Origin: an uncultured virus (IMG/VR IMGVR_UViG_3300042559_001081)
Lineage: Duplodnaviria; Heunggongvirae; Uroviricota; Caudoviricetes
Direction: 5' to 3' (one strand)
DNA length: 20,000 nucleotides
Virus record (IMG/VR): IMGVR_UViG_3300042559_001081
Coordinates: 118,700 to 138,699 of that record
In this document: piece by piece, positions 8,160-16,278 of the stretch
How the letters are laid out: each line of letters begins with the position of its first letter
Position numbering within the stretch: position 1 is the first letter of the stretch
Position numbers and translations under genes: made by a program
The notes under the pieces: generated by a model
The model's input: only the letters and a program-made list of their open reading frames with translations
The model's database searches: none
What the model was told of the DNA's origin: nothing

Positions 8160-9022
8160 GATTGATCAAACGAAATTGGAACGTCTAGTTCTTCTGGTGA
8201 CCCGTTTGCTATATCTTCTTCTGAAAACTTTACCTTTAAAGGTTTAATAGAAAACTTTTTACGTTGTGTGTCGATATGATTAACAACATTTTTGTAAACA
8301 GTTTTGTCTGCGTTTGAAAAGAATTCAATAATATAGTTTTTATTTGTTACAGGATCTTCATTGTTGAATTGAACAGCAACTACACTGTTAACAATGGTGC
8401 TGATATTCATATCTGTTATTCTATTAAAGCTTTCGTTGAACTTTTGTAGCTTTTGTTCTTCTGATAGCTCATCATCATTTATTACTTTGAACAATCTCTG
8501 CTCTTCAAATGTTTTCATTGCAACTTCAGTAAATTGTTTATAATTCATTGGTGCGATTTCAAATTTAAAATCGCCTGTATCAAAAACATTTTCGTATATG
8601 TTTGCTGTTAGATAATCTAATACTGTTCGTAAATCAACTTCGTATGTTCTTTCTTCGTAAAAAGTTTTGCCATCTTCTTTTTTAAACGGAACATTGATGT
8701 TAATGTCCATCTTCTCACCGTAAGTAGCAATTCTAATAGCTACTAATATAGCATCGACGTCGATGCTAGGAATATTCCAAGCATTTTTAATATTAGGAAA
8801 ACAACTTTGAATAACGCTGGTTGTTGATTGTCCGTTTAACAGTGCATCTGGAGTTTTAAACATTAATTCGTCCTTTGCAGTCATTGCAAGAACGGGATAC
8901 TCGCCTGTGTCAGATATTTCTATAGATCCTTTAGGATAAAAATTTCCGTTGCTTGGCAATTTGATGTAAAGTTTGGGCTGTCTAAAGTGTTTTGCTAACG
9001 GGTTCATTGAGGGAGTGTTCAT
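8144..9022 (-). CDS. gp26: Baseplate hub assembly chaperone, T4 gp26-like
   Basis: IKLPSNG...VLAMTAKDELMFK...IDVDAILVAIRIATYGE and a terminal ...NFF match gp26-like proteins. GGAGA RBS. Divergent from the tape measure gene. Confidence 0.8.
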   Translation of the reverse strand: MNTPSMNPLAKHFRQPKLYIKLPSNGNFYPKGSIEISDTGEYPVLAMTAKDELMFKTPDALLNGQSTTSVIQSCFPNIKNAWNIPSIDVDAILVAIRIATYGEKMDININVPFKKEDGKTFYEERTYEVDLRTVLDYLTANIYENVFDTGDFKFEIAPMNYKQFTEVAMKTFEEQRLFKVINDDELSEEQKLQKFNESFNRITDMNISTIVNSVVAVQFNNEDPVTNKNYIIEFFSNADKTVYKNVVNHIDTQRKKFSIKPLKVKFSEEDIANGSPEELDVPISFDQSNFFA

Positions 9023-9037
9023 GTATATTTTTCTCCA

Positions 9038-9045
9038 GATAAATA
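9038..9045 (+). promoter_or_regulatory. T4-type late promoter variant GATAAATA for the tape measure-portal operon
   Basis: One mismatch to TATAAATA, in the divergent intergenic gap, 54 nt upstream of GTG 9100. Confidence 0.65.
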
Positions 9046-9099
9046 CTATAACTATATATCTAGATATATTTTATACGCATTTAATTTGGAAAAATAACA

Positions 9100-11787
9100 G
9101 TGGCCGATCCGGTAGAAATTCAAAATGTAGGAGGTCTTAGAGGAGTAGCTTCAGAAGCTACTATGCTTGAGCTTCGCGACGCTATGAGAGAACTTAATAG
9201 AAGTGGATCTTCTAATAGAAGCTCTAATACATCTGCTAGAATTCAAGATTTATATAATAGATCCGTTAAAGAATCTACTAAAAGCAACTGGCTTGCTAGT
9301 AAAGCAAACGCTGCATTAGATACAAAAACCGGAAGACTTATTACGTCATTTGCTAAGGGTGCAACTACACTAAGTGATTTTTCTAATGCAGTATTTGGTG
9401 CTGAAAGTTCTCTAACTAAATTAGCCAGCTACATTGATAGTAATATAACCACTTGGAGAGAGTTGTCCAGTGTTGGTGCAAGTTTTAATAATTCTATTTT
9501 TGATATGATAAGTTCTGCTGCAAACAGTGGAATGGAACTTGATGATTATTCAAAAATGATTATGCGAAATTCTGAACAGTTAGCAAGATTTGGTGGAACA
9601 GTTACAAATGGTGCTAAGTTTGTTGGAGAGTTTTCAAAAACTTTTAGAAGAGACCTTGGTTCAAGATTTTTTGAAATGGGTTTTACTATCGAAGATATAA
9701 ACGAGAGTTTGATTGGTTTTATGTCTTTGGAAAGTAGAAGATCTGCTAACGGATTAAGAGACGATAGAAAAACTCAAGCTTCTGCGGAAAATTACATTTT
9801 ACAACTTGATAAACTAGCAAAGTTAACTGGCGAAGAAAGAAAACAGCTAGCAGATCGTATCTCTCAACAACAAACAGATGCTGGTATTGCTGCAAGAATT
9901 AATAGTTTACAAGGAGCCCAACAAGAAAATCTACAAAGTGCTATAGCATTCTTTGATAGTCAGCTTCCTGGTGTGTCCGATGGATTCAAAGACTTAATGG
10001 ACGGTGTTGCACAAACTGATCTAGGCAAAGCATTAGAAACAGCAATTCCAGGAATTGGCCAGTACATGCAACAAGTATTTACAGGTGAAGAAGATATTAA
10101 TGAAGTACTTTCAGCATTACAAAATAGATTTGGTCCTGCATTAACTAATTTTTCTAGCGGATTTGGAAAAGCACAGATAGATGCAATGAGAACGCAAGGC
10201 GGCGTAACAGGTGCGTTAGCTGAGTTAATGGACTCTTTGTATCAGTTTAATCAAGTTTCTCAATTAAGTGCTGAAGAAATGGAAGAAGAACAAAAAAGAA
10301 GAAACGCAGTAACTTCTGCCTTTGGAAAATTTGAACAAGCAGTTATTGATCTAAGACGAATGTTTGTAGATTTTTTCTATGATTTTTCCATGGAAGAGGG
10401 GGGTCTATTTGACGCATTCTCTGGTTTAGGCGACGCTGTTGGCGAATTATTTGGCTCTGGTACAAAAAGTCTAAAAGGAGCAGGAATATCAATTACAGGC
10501 TGGATAAAAGACTTAATGCGTGGATTATTTGGAAAAAATGGATACGTTACACAAGGAATTAAAACATTTACAGATTGGATAAAAAGCGACAACTTTAAAG
10601 TATATGTAAATGATCTAAAAGAATCATTTACAGCCGTTTCGACATGGATGTCTGAACTAGCCACCGATATTAAAGATAATGGATTCTGGAATACATTTAA
10701 AGAAAGATTACTTGACTTAGGTAATTGGATCAAAGAACTTTTCATGGGATCAACAGTTACAGAAATGACGCCGGCTGGTCCACAAGAAGTACGTAAAGAG
10801 GGATTGTTAGAAAAACTACAAGAATTTATATTCGGTGACGAATTATCCAGACCGGGTGATTCTTTGTACAGTCGTTTTGTAGACTGGGTTGGATTAAACA
10901 GTAGATACGACGAATCGTTGTTGTCTCAAGTTTATAATAAAATTCTCGATGCATTCCTTGGCAAGGAAATTATGGTTGGCAGAGGAGACGACAGACAGCT
11001 AGAACGTCAAGGTGGATTACTTGAAACTATGGCAGATGCTTTTACTAACTTCTGGGAAGGCCCAACTGGAACTAGTTTAGCAAATACTATTTCTAACTTT
11101 TTTGAAAAGTTAGTTGATAATATTATTTTAAGTGTAAATCAAAATACAGGAGGAATGTTTTTTGGAGAAGCTGCTGCAAATATATTATCTGAACAACAAG
11201 CAGCTGGTAAGATACTAACTCCAGAACAACAATCGACAGTAAAAGAACAGCAATACGAAGATCGTGCAAGCTTAGTCGATGAAGCTGCTTTAGGTATAAC
11301 CGGTCTCGGACTTTCGGCTGTTGATCTTCTGTTTGGATCAGAATTAAATAAAAGATTTTATGATTGGTCAAGAAGTAAAGAAGGAATGTCGTCTATGGGG
11401 ATTGGCGACAGTGATGCAGCACAAGAAGGCTTCCGCAGTCAACACCTTCAAGAATTTGCAAATGGAACAAACGGTTTCCAAGATTTTGGAAAAGGATCTT
11501 TAGCAATGCTTCATAACTCCGAAGCAGTTGTTCCACGAAAGTCTTCTGCTGGTGACTTATTACAATCATTTTATGATTTTCAAAATAAGAAAACTGGTTC
11601 AGCCGTTGTTTCAACACCAACATCAACAGATACAAGTCAAAGTTCTCTAATTAAAAAGGTAGAAGAATTAAATACTACTATGATGCGAGTTGCAGAATTA
11701 TTACAAAATAGTGTTGGATTGCAGGAAAAAACTGTTAAAGGAGTTAAAGGCCTAGGCTCCGATTATTATAGAGGAATTGGTAGATAA
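9100..11787 (+). CDS. Tail tape measure protein
   Basis: 895 aa, helical and Ala/Gly/Ser-rich, with periodic W/F residues in the centre. C-terminal FANGTNGFQDFGKGSLAMLHNSEAVVP motif is typical of TMP ends. Adjacent to the chaperone gene. Confidence 0.75.
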   Translation: MADPVEIQNVGGLRGVASEATMLELRDAMRELNRSGSSNRSSNTSARIQDLYNRSVKESTKSNWLASKANAALDTKTGRLITSFAKGATTLSDFSNAVFGAESSLTKLASYIDSNITTWRELSSVGASFNNSIFDMISSAANSGMELDDYSKMIMRNSEQLARFGGTVTNGAKFVGEFSKTFRRDLGSRFFEMGFTIEDINESLIGFMSLESRRSANGLRDDRKTQASAENYILQLDKLAKLTGEERKQLADRISQQQTDAGIAARINSLQGAQQENLQSAIAFFDSQLPGVSDGFKDLMDGVAQTDLGKALETAIPGIGQYMQQVFTGEEDINEVLSALQNRFGPALTNFSSGFGKAQIDAMRTQGGVTGALAELMDSLYQFNQVSQLSAEEMEEEQKRRNAVTSAFGKFEQAVIDLRRMFVDFFYDFSMEEGGLFDAFSGLGDAVGELFGSGTKSLKGAGISITGWIKDLMRGLFGKNGYVTQGIKTFTDWIKSDNFKVYVNDLKESFTAVSTWMSELATDIKDNGFWNTFKERLLDLGNWIKELFMGSTVTEMTPAGPQEVRKEGLLEKLQEFIFGDELSRPGDSLYSRFVDWVGLNSRYDESLLSQVYNKILDAFLGKEIMVGRGDDRQLERQGGLLETMADAFTNFWEGPTGTSLANTISNFFEKLVDNIILSVNQNTGGMFFGEAAANILSEQQAAGKILTPEQQSTVKEQQYEDRASLVDEAALGITGLGLSAVDLLFGSELNKRFYDWSRSKEGMSSMGIGDSDAAQEGFRSQHLQEFANGTNGFQDFGKGSLAMLHNSEAVVPRKSSAGDLLQSFYDFQNKKTGSAVVSTPTSTDTSQSSLIKKVEELNTTMMRVAELLQNSVGLQEKTVKGVKGLGSDYYRGIGR

Positions 11788-13526
11788 TGAGTTGGAAAAA
11801 GTACTTCACTCCTGTACAAACAAATATGAATTCAAACGGAAGTTATAGTCCTTTTTCGTTTGCAAGAGGAACAGGACTTGGACCAGCTGCCGCAAATTAC
11901 AGTAGCCATTTGCCAGACGTTTATGTTGGAAATCCTAATCGTATTGAACGATACGGTCAATACAATACTATGGACAACGATAGTGAAGTTAATGCCGCAC
12001 TAGATATTCTTGCTGAATTTTGTACTCAAAAAAATAAAGAAAACAATACACCTTTTAAGATACAGTTTAACAATGCAGCTACTAATAGTGAAATTCAAAT
12101 TCTTGGACAGTATCTAAAACAATGGTGCAAGATAAACGAGTTTGAAACTCGCATGTTTAAAATTATTCGTAATATTTTTAAATACGGAGATCAATTCTTT
12201 ATCAGAGATCCTGAAACTAAAAAATGGTTTCATGTTGATCCAGCAAATCTTACAAAAATTATTGTTAACGAAAGCGAAGGAAAACGCCCGGAACAGTATA
12301 TTATTAGAGACTTAAACATTGCATATGAAACATTAAGTGCAACAAAAATTAATACAACTAATGCGTATGGCCCAGGCGGCAATCAACCAGGGTACCAAAC
12401 ATTAGATCAAAAGTTTATGACTGGTAGAACTCCGGATGCTTCAACCAGCAGATTTATGAATGAGTCAAATGAAACTGCTATAAATGCAGAACACGTTGTT
12501 CACATTTCTTTAAGCGAAGGACTTGACAACAACTTCCCATTTGGTAACAGTTTGCTTGAAAGTATTTTTAAAGTTTATAAACAAAAAGAATTATTAGAAG
12601 ATGCTATTATTATCTATCGTGTACAAAGAGCACCGGAACGTAGAGTATTCTATGTTGACGTAGGTAATATGCCTAGTCACCTTGCTATGCAGTTTGTGGA
12701 AAGAGTAAAAACAGAAATTCACCAACGACGTATTCCTAGTAAAACCGGTGGCGGCACAAATGTAATTGATAGTACATATAATCCTCTTTCGATTAACGAA
12801 GATTACTTCTTCCCTCAAACAGCAGAAGGTCGTGGATCAAAAGTAGAAACTTTGCCAGGCGGAACAAATCTAGGAGAGATTGATGATTTACGATACTTCA
12901 CTAATAAGTTGGTACGCGGACTACGTATCCCAAGTTCGTACCTTCCAACTGGTGCTGATGACAGTGCAAGTCAATATAATGATGGCCGCGTTGGAACAGC
13001 ATACATTCAAGAACTACGTTTCAACAATTACTGCGAACGTCTGCAAAGCTTAGTATCAGAAGTTTTTAATAATGAATTTAAACTGTATCTAACAGACAAA
13101 GGCATAAACATTGACGTTTCGATGTTTGACTTAAAATTTCAGCCTCCGCAAAACTTTGCAAGCTATCGTCAAGCTGAACTAGACAGTAATAGAATTAATA
13201 CTTTTACAGCAATGCAACAAATTCCATTTATATCAAATCGTTTTGCATTACAGAGATTTTTAGGTCTTTCAAAAGAAGAAATTGCAGAAAATGAAAGACT
13301 CTGGAAAGAAGAAAACGACGAAATGTTTGAAGGAATGGAGCAAGATGCTTCTGCACAAATGCGTAGTGCTGGAATCACAGGAGCAGATATAAGCAACGAC
13401 TTAGGAGCAGCCGAAGGTGAGATATCTCCTGATGTTGAAGCAGACGTATCCGGTGATACTAGTCCGATCGGCGGAACATCTGCACCTGCTCCAGCATCTC
13501 AGAGTAATCAACCATTTGGAACATAA
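11787..13526 (+). CDS. gp20: Portal protein, T4 gp20-like
   Basis: LLEDAIIIYRVQRAPERRVFYVDVGNMP, EDYFFP...GRGSKVETLPGGTNLGEIDDLRYF and ELRF are gp20 hallmarks. Confidence 0.96.
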   Translation: MSWKKYFTPVQTNMNSNGSYSPFSFARGTGLGPAAANYSSHLPDVYVGNPNRIERYGQYNTMDNDSEVNAALDILAEFCTQKNKENNTPFKIQFNNAATNSEIQILGQYLKQWCKINEFETRMFKIIRNIFKYGDQFFIRDPETKKWFHVDPANLTKIIVNESEGKRPEQYIIRDLNIAYETLSATKINTTNAYGPGGNQPGYQTLDQKFMTGRTPDASTSRFMNESNETAINAEHVVHISLSEGLDNNFPFGNSLLESIFKVYKQKELLEDAIIIYRVQRAPERRVFYVDVGNMPSHLAMQFVERVKTEIHQRRIPSKTGGGTNVIDSTYNPLSINEDYFFPQTAEGRGSKVETLPGGTNLGEIDDLRYFTNKLVRGLRIPSSYLPTGADDSASQYNDGRVGTAYIQELRFNNYCERLQSLVSEVFNNEFKLYLTDKGINIDVSMFDLKFQPPQNFASYRQAELDSNRINTFTAMQQIPFISNRFALQRFLGLSKEEIAENERLWKEENDEMFEGMEQDASAQMRSAGITGADISNDLGAAEGEISPDVEADVSGDTSPIGGTSAPAPASQSNQPFGT

Positions 13527-13529
13527 ATA
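13522..13529 (+). promoter_or_regulatory. T4-type late promoter CATAAATA overlapping the portal stop codon
   Basis: One mismatch to consensus; ends 4 nt before ATG 13534. Confidence 0.65.
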
Positions 13530-13533
13530 CATT

Positions 13534-13785
13534 ATGATATTGCGTGAACTATATTACTTTGACAAAAAAACAATGGAGCCTGTTGAAGACAATCGCTTCG
13601 ATGCGAAGCACGATCAATCTATAGTCGACCTTGATGATACAAGAAAAACTAGACTAACATTAAAAGATATAAATCGTGCAAGAAGAGCAGACGATATGCA
13701 TAGAAAAGAAACAAACAAAGATCTTTCTCATATTCGTTCTATGTATGGAATAGCTGCTCAAGCACAAGCACAACCTCCTATGTAA
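13534..13785 (+). CDS. Small head-module hypothetical protein (83 aa)
   Basis: MILRELYYF...DDTRKTRLTLKDINRARRA...MYG. Start revised from 13417, which would overlap the portal gene by 110 nt. Confidence 0.75.
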   Translation: MILRELYYFDKKTMEPVEDNRFDAKHDQSIVDLDDTRKTRLTLKDINRARRADDMHRKETNKDLSHIRSMYGIAAQAQAQPPM

Positions 13786-13796
13786 CCGGGTAGTTT

Positions 13797-14522
13797 ATGG
13801 TTAAAGAATATATTCCTAACGAAACTAAAGACGAACGTCGTTTTAGAAAGTTATTACAAAAACAACAAAAATTATCAAGCAAATTGCCACAGGATGAAAT
13901 AATTCATCCTGTAGTTGCACAAGATAGTTCTGTGGCATTTGTTTTAGGCAACGGCGTAAGCAGAAAACCTATAAAGCCATACGATTTAAAACCTTATGGT
14001 AAAGTATATGGTTGTAATGCATTATACAGAGAATTTATTCCAGATCATTTAGTTGCAGTTGATGCAAAAATGATTAAAGAAATTACTGCTACTGGATATC
14101 ATTTAAAAAATAAAGTATGGACTAATCCTAGTAGGTTCACAAGAGAAATACATGGCTTAAATCTTTTTAATCCTAACTTAGGATGGAGCAGCGGTCCTAG
14201 TGCATTAAATTTAGCAAGTGAACATGAATATAGTACCATTTATATTTTAGGATTTGACTACGAAGGCACAGGAAAGAAAAAAGAACTAGTCAACAACGTA
14301 TATGCCGGAACGCTGAATTATAAAAAAACTGATGACCGTGCAACTTATTTTGGTAACTGGACTCGACAAACATCAACATGCATAAAAAAGTATACAAAGA
14401 TTAAATACATTAGAGTTATTGAAAATACAAACAGCTTTGTGCCAGATGTATTAGTTGGAATACCTAATTTAACTCACATAACAGTAGAAAGTTTTATAAA
14501 AAGGTTTAATTTAGATAACTAA
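13797..14522 (+). CDS. Maf/DUF115/MptE-like (sialyltransferase-type Rossmann fold) protein
   Basis: AFVLGNGVSR, YGCNALY, DHLVAVD, SSGPSALNLA and IYILGFD motifs are characteristic of this superfamily. Confidence 0.65.
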   Translation: MVKEYIPNETKDERRFRKLLQKQQKLSSKLPQDEIIHPVVAQDSSVAFVLGNGVSRKPIKPYDLKPYGKVYGCNALYREFIPDHLVAVDAKMIKEITATGYHLKNKVWTNPSRFTREIHGLNLFNPNLGWSSGPSALNLASEHEYSTIYILGFDYEGTGKKKELVNNVYAGTLNYKKTDDRATYFGNWTRQTSTCIKKYTKIKYIRVIENTNSFVPDVLVGIPNLTHITVESFIKRFNLDN

Positions 14523-14530
14523 AGTATAAA

Positions 14531-14550
14531 ATAGGCTCGTTTGAGCCTAT
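14531..14550. terminator. Hairpin, possible terminator or processing signal
   Basis: ATAGGCTC-GTTT-GAGCCTAT is a perfect 8-bp stem. The + strand T-run is 10 nt away; on the - strand a T-rich tail follows directly. Confidence 0.45.
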
Positions 14551-14574
14551 ATCTACGCACTTTTTTAAAAAAAA

Positions 14575-14582
14575 TGTAAATA
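14575..14582 (+). promoter_or_regulatory. T4-type late promoter variant TGTAAATA for the head operon
   Basis: One mismatch to consensus, upstream of AGGAG RBS and ATG 14615. Confidence 0.7.
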
Positions 14583-14614
14583 TAACTGACAGCCTTGACA
14601 TATAGGAGAAAACA

Positions 14615-15622
14615 ATGACTGATCGCAACAAGTTTGAAGAAATGCTTGAGCGTCTTGTAAATGAAGACCGTGCTGGAGCAGAAGAACTATTCCACGAAAT
14701 CGTAGTGGAAAAGTCACGTGAAATTTATCAATCAATTATCGAATCAGAAGAAGACGACGAAGAAGTCGAAGAAGCTGCTGAAGAAGACGATGAAGAAGAG
14801 CTAGACGAAGCTGCTGAAGAAGACGACGAAGAAGTTGACGAAGCTGCTGAGGAAGACGACGAAGAACTCGACGAAATGTTTGGGTTAGACGAATTTGCTC
14901 CAGGCGACGGCAGCGACGCAGCTATGGGCATGATAGGCGGTGACAGCACCGACGACATGATGGGCGACATCGGCATGGACGACGGCGAAGAAGGCGACGA
15001 CATGGGCGATGACATGGATGACCGTGTTGCAGATTTAGAAGATGCTTTAGAAGAACTTAGAGCAGATTTCGAAGCACTAATGGCCGGCGAAGAAGATGAG
15101 CCAGAGCACTCAGACATGGACTTCGATAACGACGACGAAGGCGACGACGATAGCGAAGAAGACGACGAAGAAGATAGCGAAGAAAAAGAATCTTTTGCTT
15201 TTGAAGCAAAAAAAGATCACAAAAAAGATGACAAGAAAAACAAGTCTGCTGGTGAACAAATGCGTGAATACGTAGAAAAAGTTAATGGTGGATTTGGAGC
15301 AAACATTGGCGGCGACAACGGTGCAAACTCAAAGTCAACTGTAGCAGGCAAAAACGACATGGGCGGTAGTGCCCAAAATATTGTTCGTGGTGACACAGAA
15401 GCTGGTGTAGAAGCAAACAAAGGACAACTAAAAGGTTCAAGTTTGATCAAGCAAAAGCCACAGGACATGAAAACTGGTAACGTAAATGTACCAGGGGGTA
15501 GTGCTTCTAAGTCATGGAAGAACAACCCAAAAGGCCACGGTGCTGAGAAAAAAGGTGCCGGTGAGACTGCCGACAAAGGCGCAGGTAGCATGTTAAACGG
15601 TGCTCCTAAGAGAGCCAAGTAA
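14615..15622 (+). CDS. Highly acidic prohead core protein (gp67/gp68-like position)
   Basis: Strong RBS and late promoter; D/E-rich first two thirds and G/K/N-rich tail; lies between portal and protease. Confidence 0.7.
   Translation: MTDRNKFEEMLERLVNEDRAGAEELFHEIVVEKSREIYQSIIESEEDDEEVEEAAEEDDEEELDEAAEEDDEEVDEAAEEDDEELDEMFGLDEFAPGDGSDAAMGMIGGDSTDDMMGDIGMDDGEEGDDMGDDMDDRVADLEDALEELRADFEALMAGEEDEPEHSDMDFDNDDEGDDDSEEDDEEDSEEKESFAFEAKKDHKKDDKKNKSAGEQMREYVEKVNGGFGANIGGDNGANSKSTVAGKNDMGGSAQNIVRGDTEAGVEANKGQLKGSSLIKQKPQDMKTGNVNVPGGSASKSWKNNPKGHGAEKKGAGETADKGAGSMLNGAPKRAK
14747..14875 (+). repeat. In-frame imperfect tandem repeat (33-36 bp, ~3.5 copies)
   Basis: Encodes EEDDEEVEEAA / EEDDEEELDEAA / EEDDEEVDEAA / EEDDEELDE. 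Confidence 0.85.
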
Positions 15623-15639
15623 GGCAGAAAAAAGGACCA

Positions 15640-16266
15640 ATGATGAACTACTTAAGAGAGAGTTTGAGTTTCGATCAGGCCAGGATGATTGTAGAGACTG
15701 CTGAAGAAGGCAAAAATCTTTACATGAAAGGTATTTGTATTCAAGGCGGAGTACGCAACGCAAATCAGCGTGTCTATCCCGTTAATGAAATAAGCAGGGC
15801 TGTCAACACTCTTAACGATCAGATTACTGGTGGTTATTCAGTTCTCGGAGAAGTAGATCATCCTGAAGGTCTTAATATAAACCTTGATCGTGTAAGCCAT
15901 ATGATTACAGAAATGTGGATGGATGGCCCTAACGGTTATGGAAAGTTGAAAATACTACCAACTCCGATGGGACAACTAGTTAGAACAATGCTTGAAAGCG
16001 GCGTAAAGCTAGGTGTTTCATCGCGAGGTAGCGGAAACGTTTCCGAAGACGGTAGTGGACATGTTTCAGAATTTGAGATAATCACTGTAGACGTTGTAGC
16101 ACAACCAAGTGCTCCAGGTGCTTATCCTACACCAATATATGAACACCTAATGAATACAAGAGGTGGATATAAGGCAATCCTTACTAGTAAGGAAGTTCAA
16201 GGCGATAAAAAGGCACAAAAATACATTGCAGAGAGCTTATTAAAAATAATAAGCGGACTCCGATAA
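15640..16266 (+). CDS. gp21: Prohead protease, T4 gp21-like
   Basis: IQGGVRNANQRVYP, GEVDHP (catalytic His), LGVSSRGSG (catalytic Ser), DVVAQPSAPGAY. The start may be the second ATG at 15643. Confidence 0.95.
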   Translation: MMNYLRESLSFDQARMIVETAEEGKNLYMKGICIQGGVRNANQRVYPVNEISRAVNTLNDQITGGYSVLGEVDHPEGLNINLDRVSHMITEMWMDGPNGYGKLKILPTPMGQLVRTMLESGVKLGVSSRGSGNVSEDGSGHVSEFEIITVDVVAQPSAPGAYPTPIYEHLMNTRGGYKAILTSKEVQGDKKAQKYIAESLLKIISGLR

Positions 16267-16278
16267 AAGGAAAAGACC

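Noticed and set aside
14595..14600. TTGACA as a sigma70 -35 (also at 6699-6704)
   Set aside because: No -10 hexamer at 16-18 nt spacing in either case.
14728..15618. Ser-rich and other antisense ORFs (14728-15117, 15217-15618)
   Set aside because: They are mirror images of the GAA/GAC-rich acidic gene.
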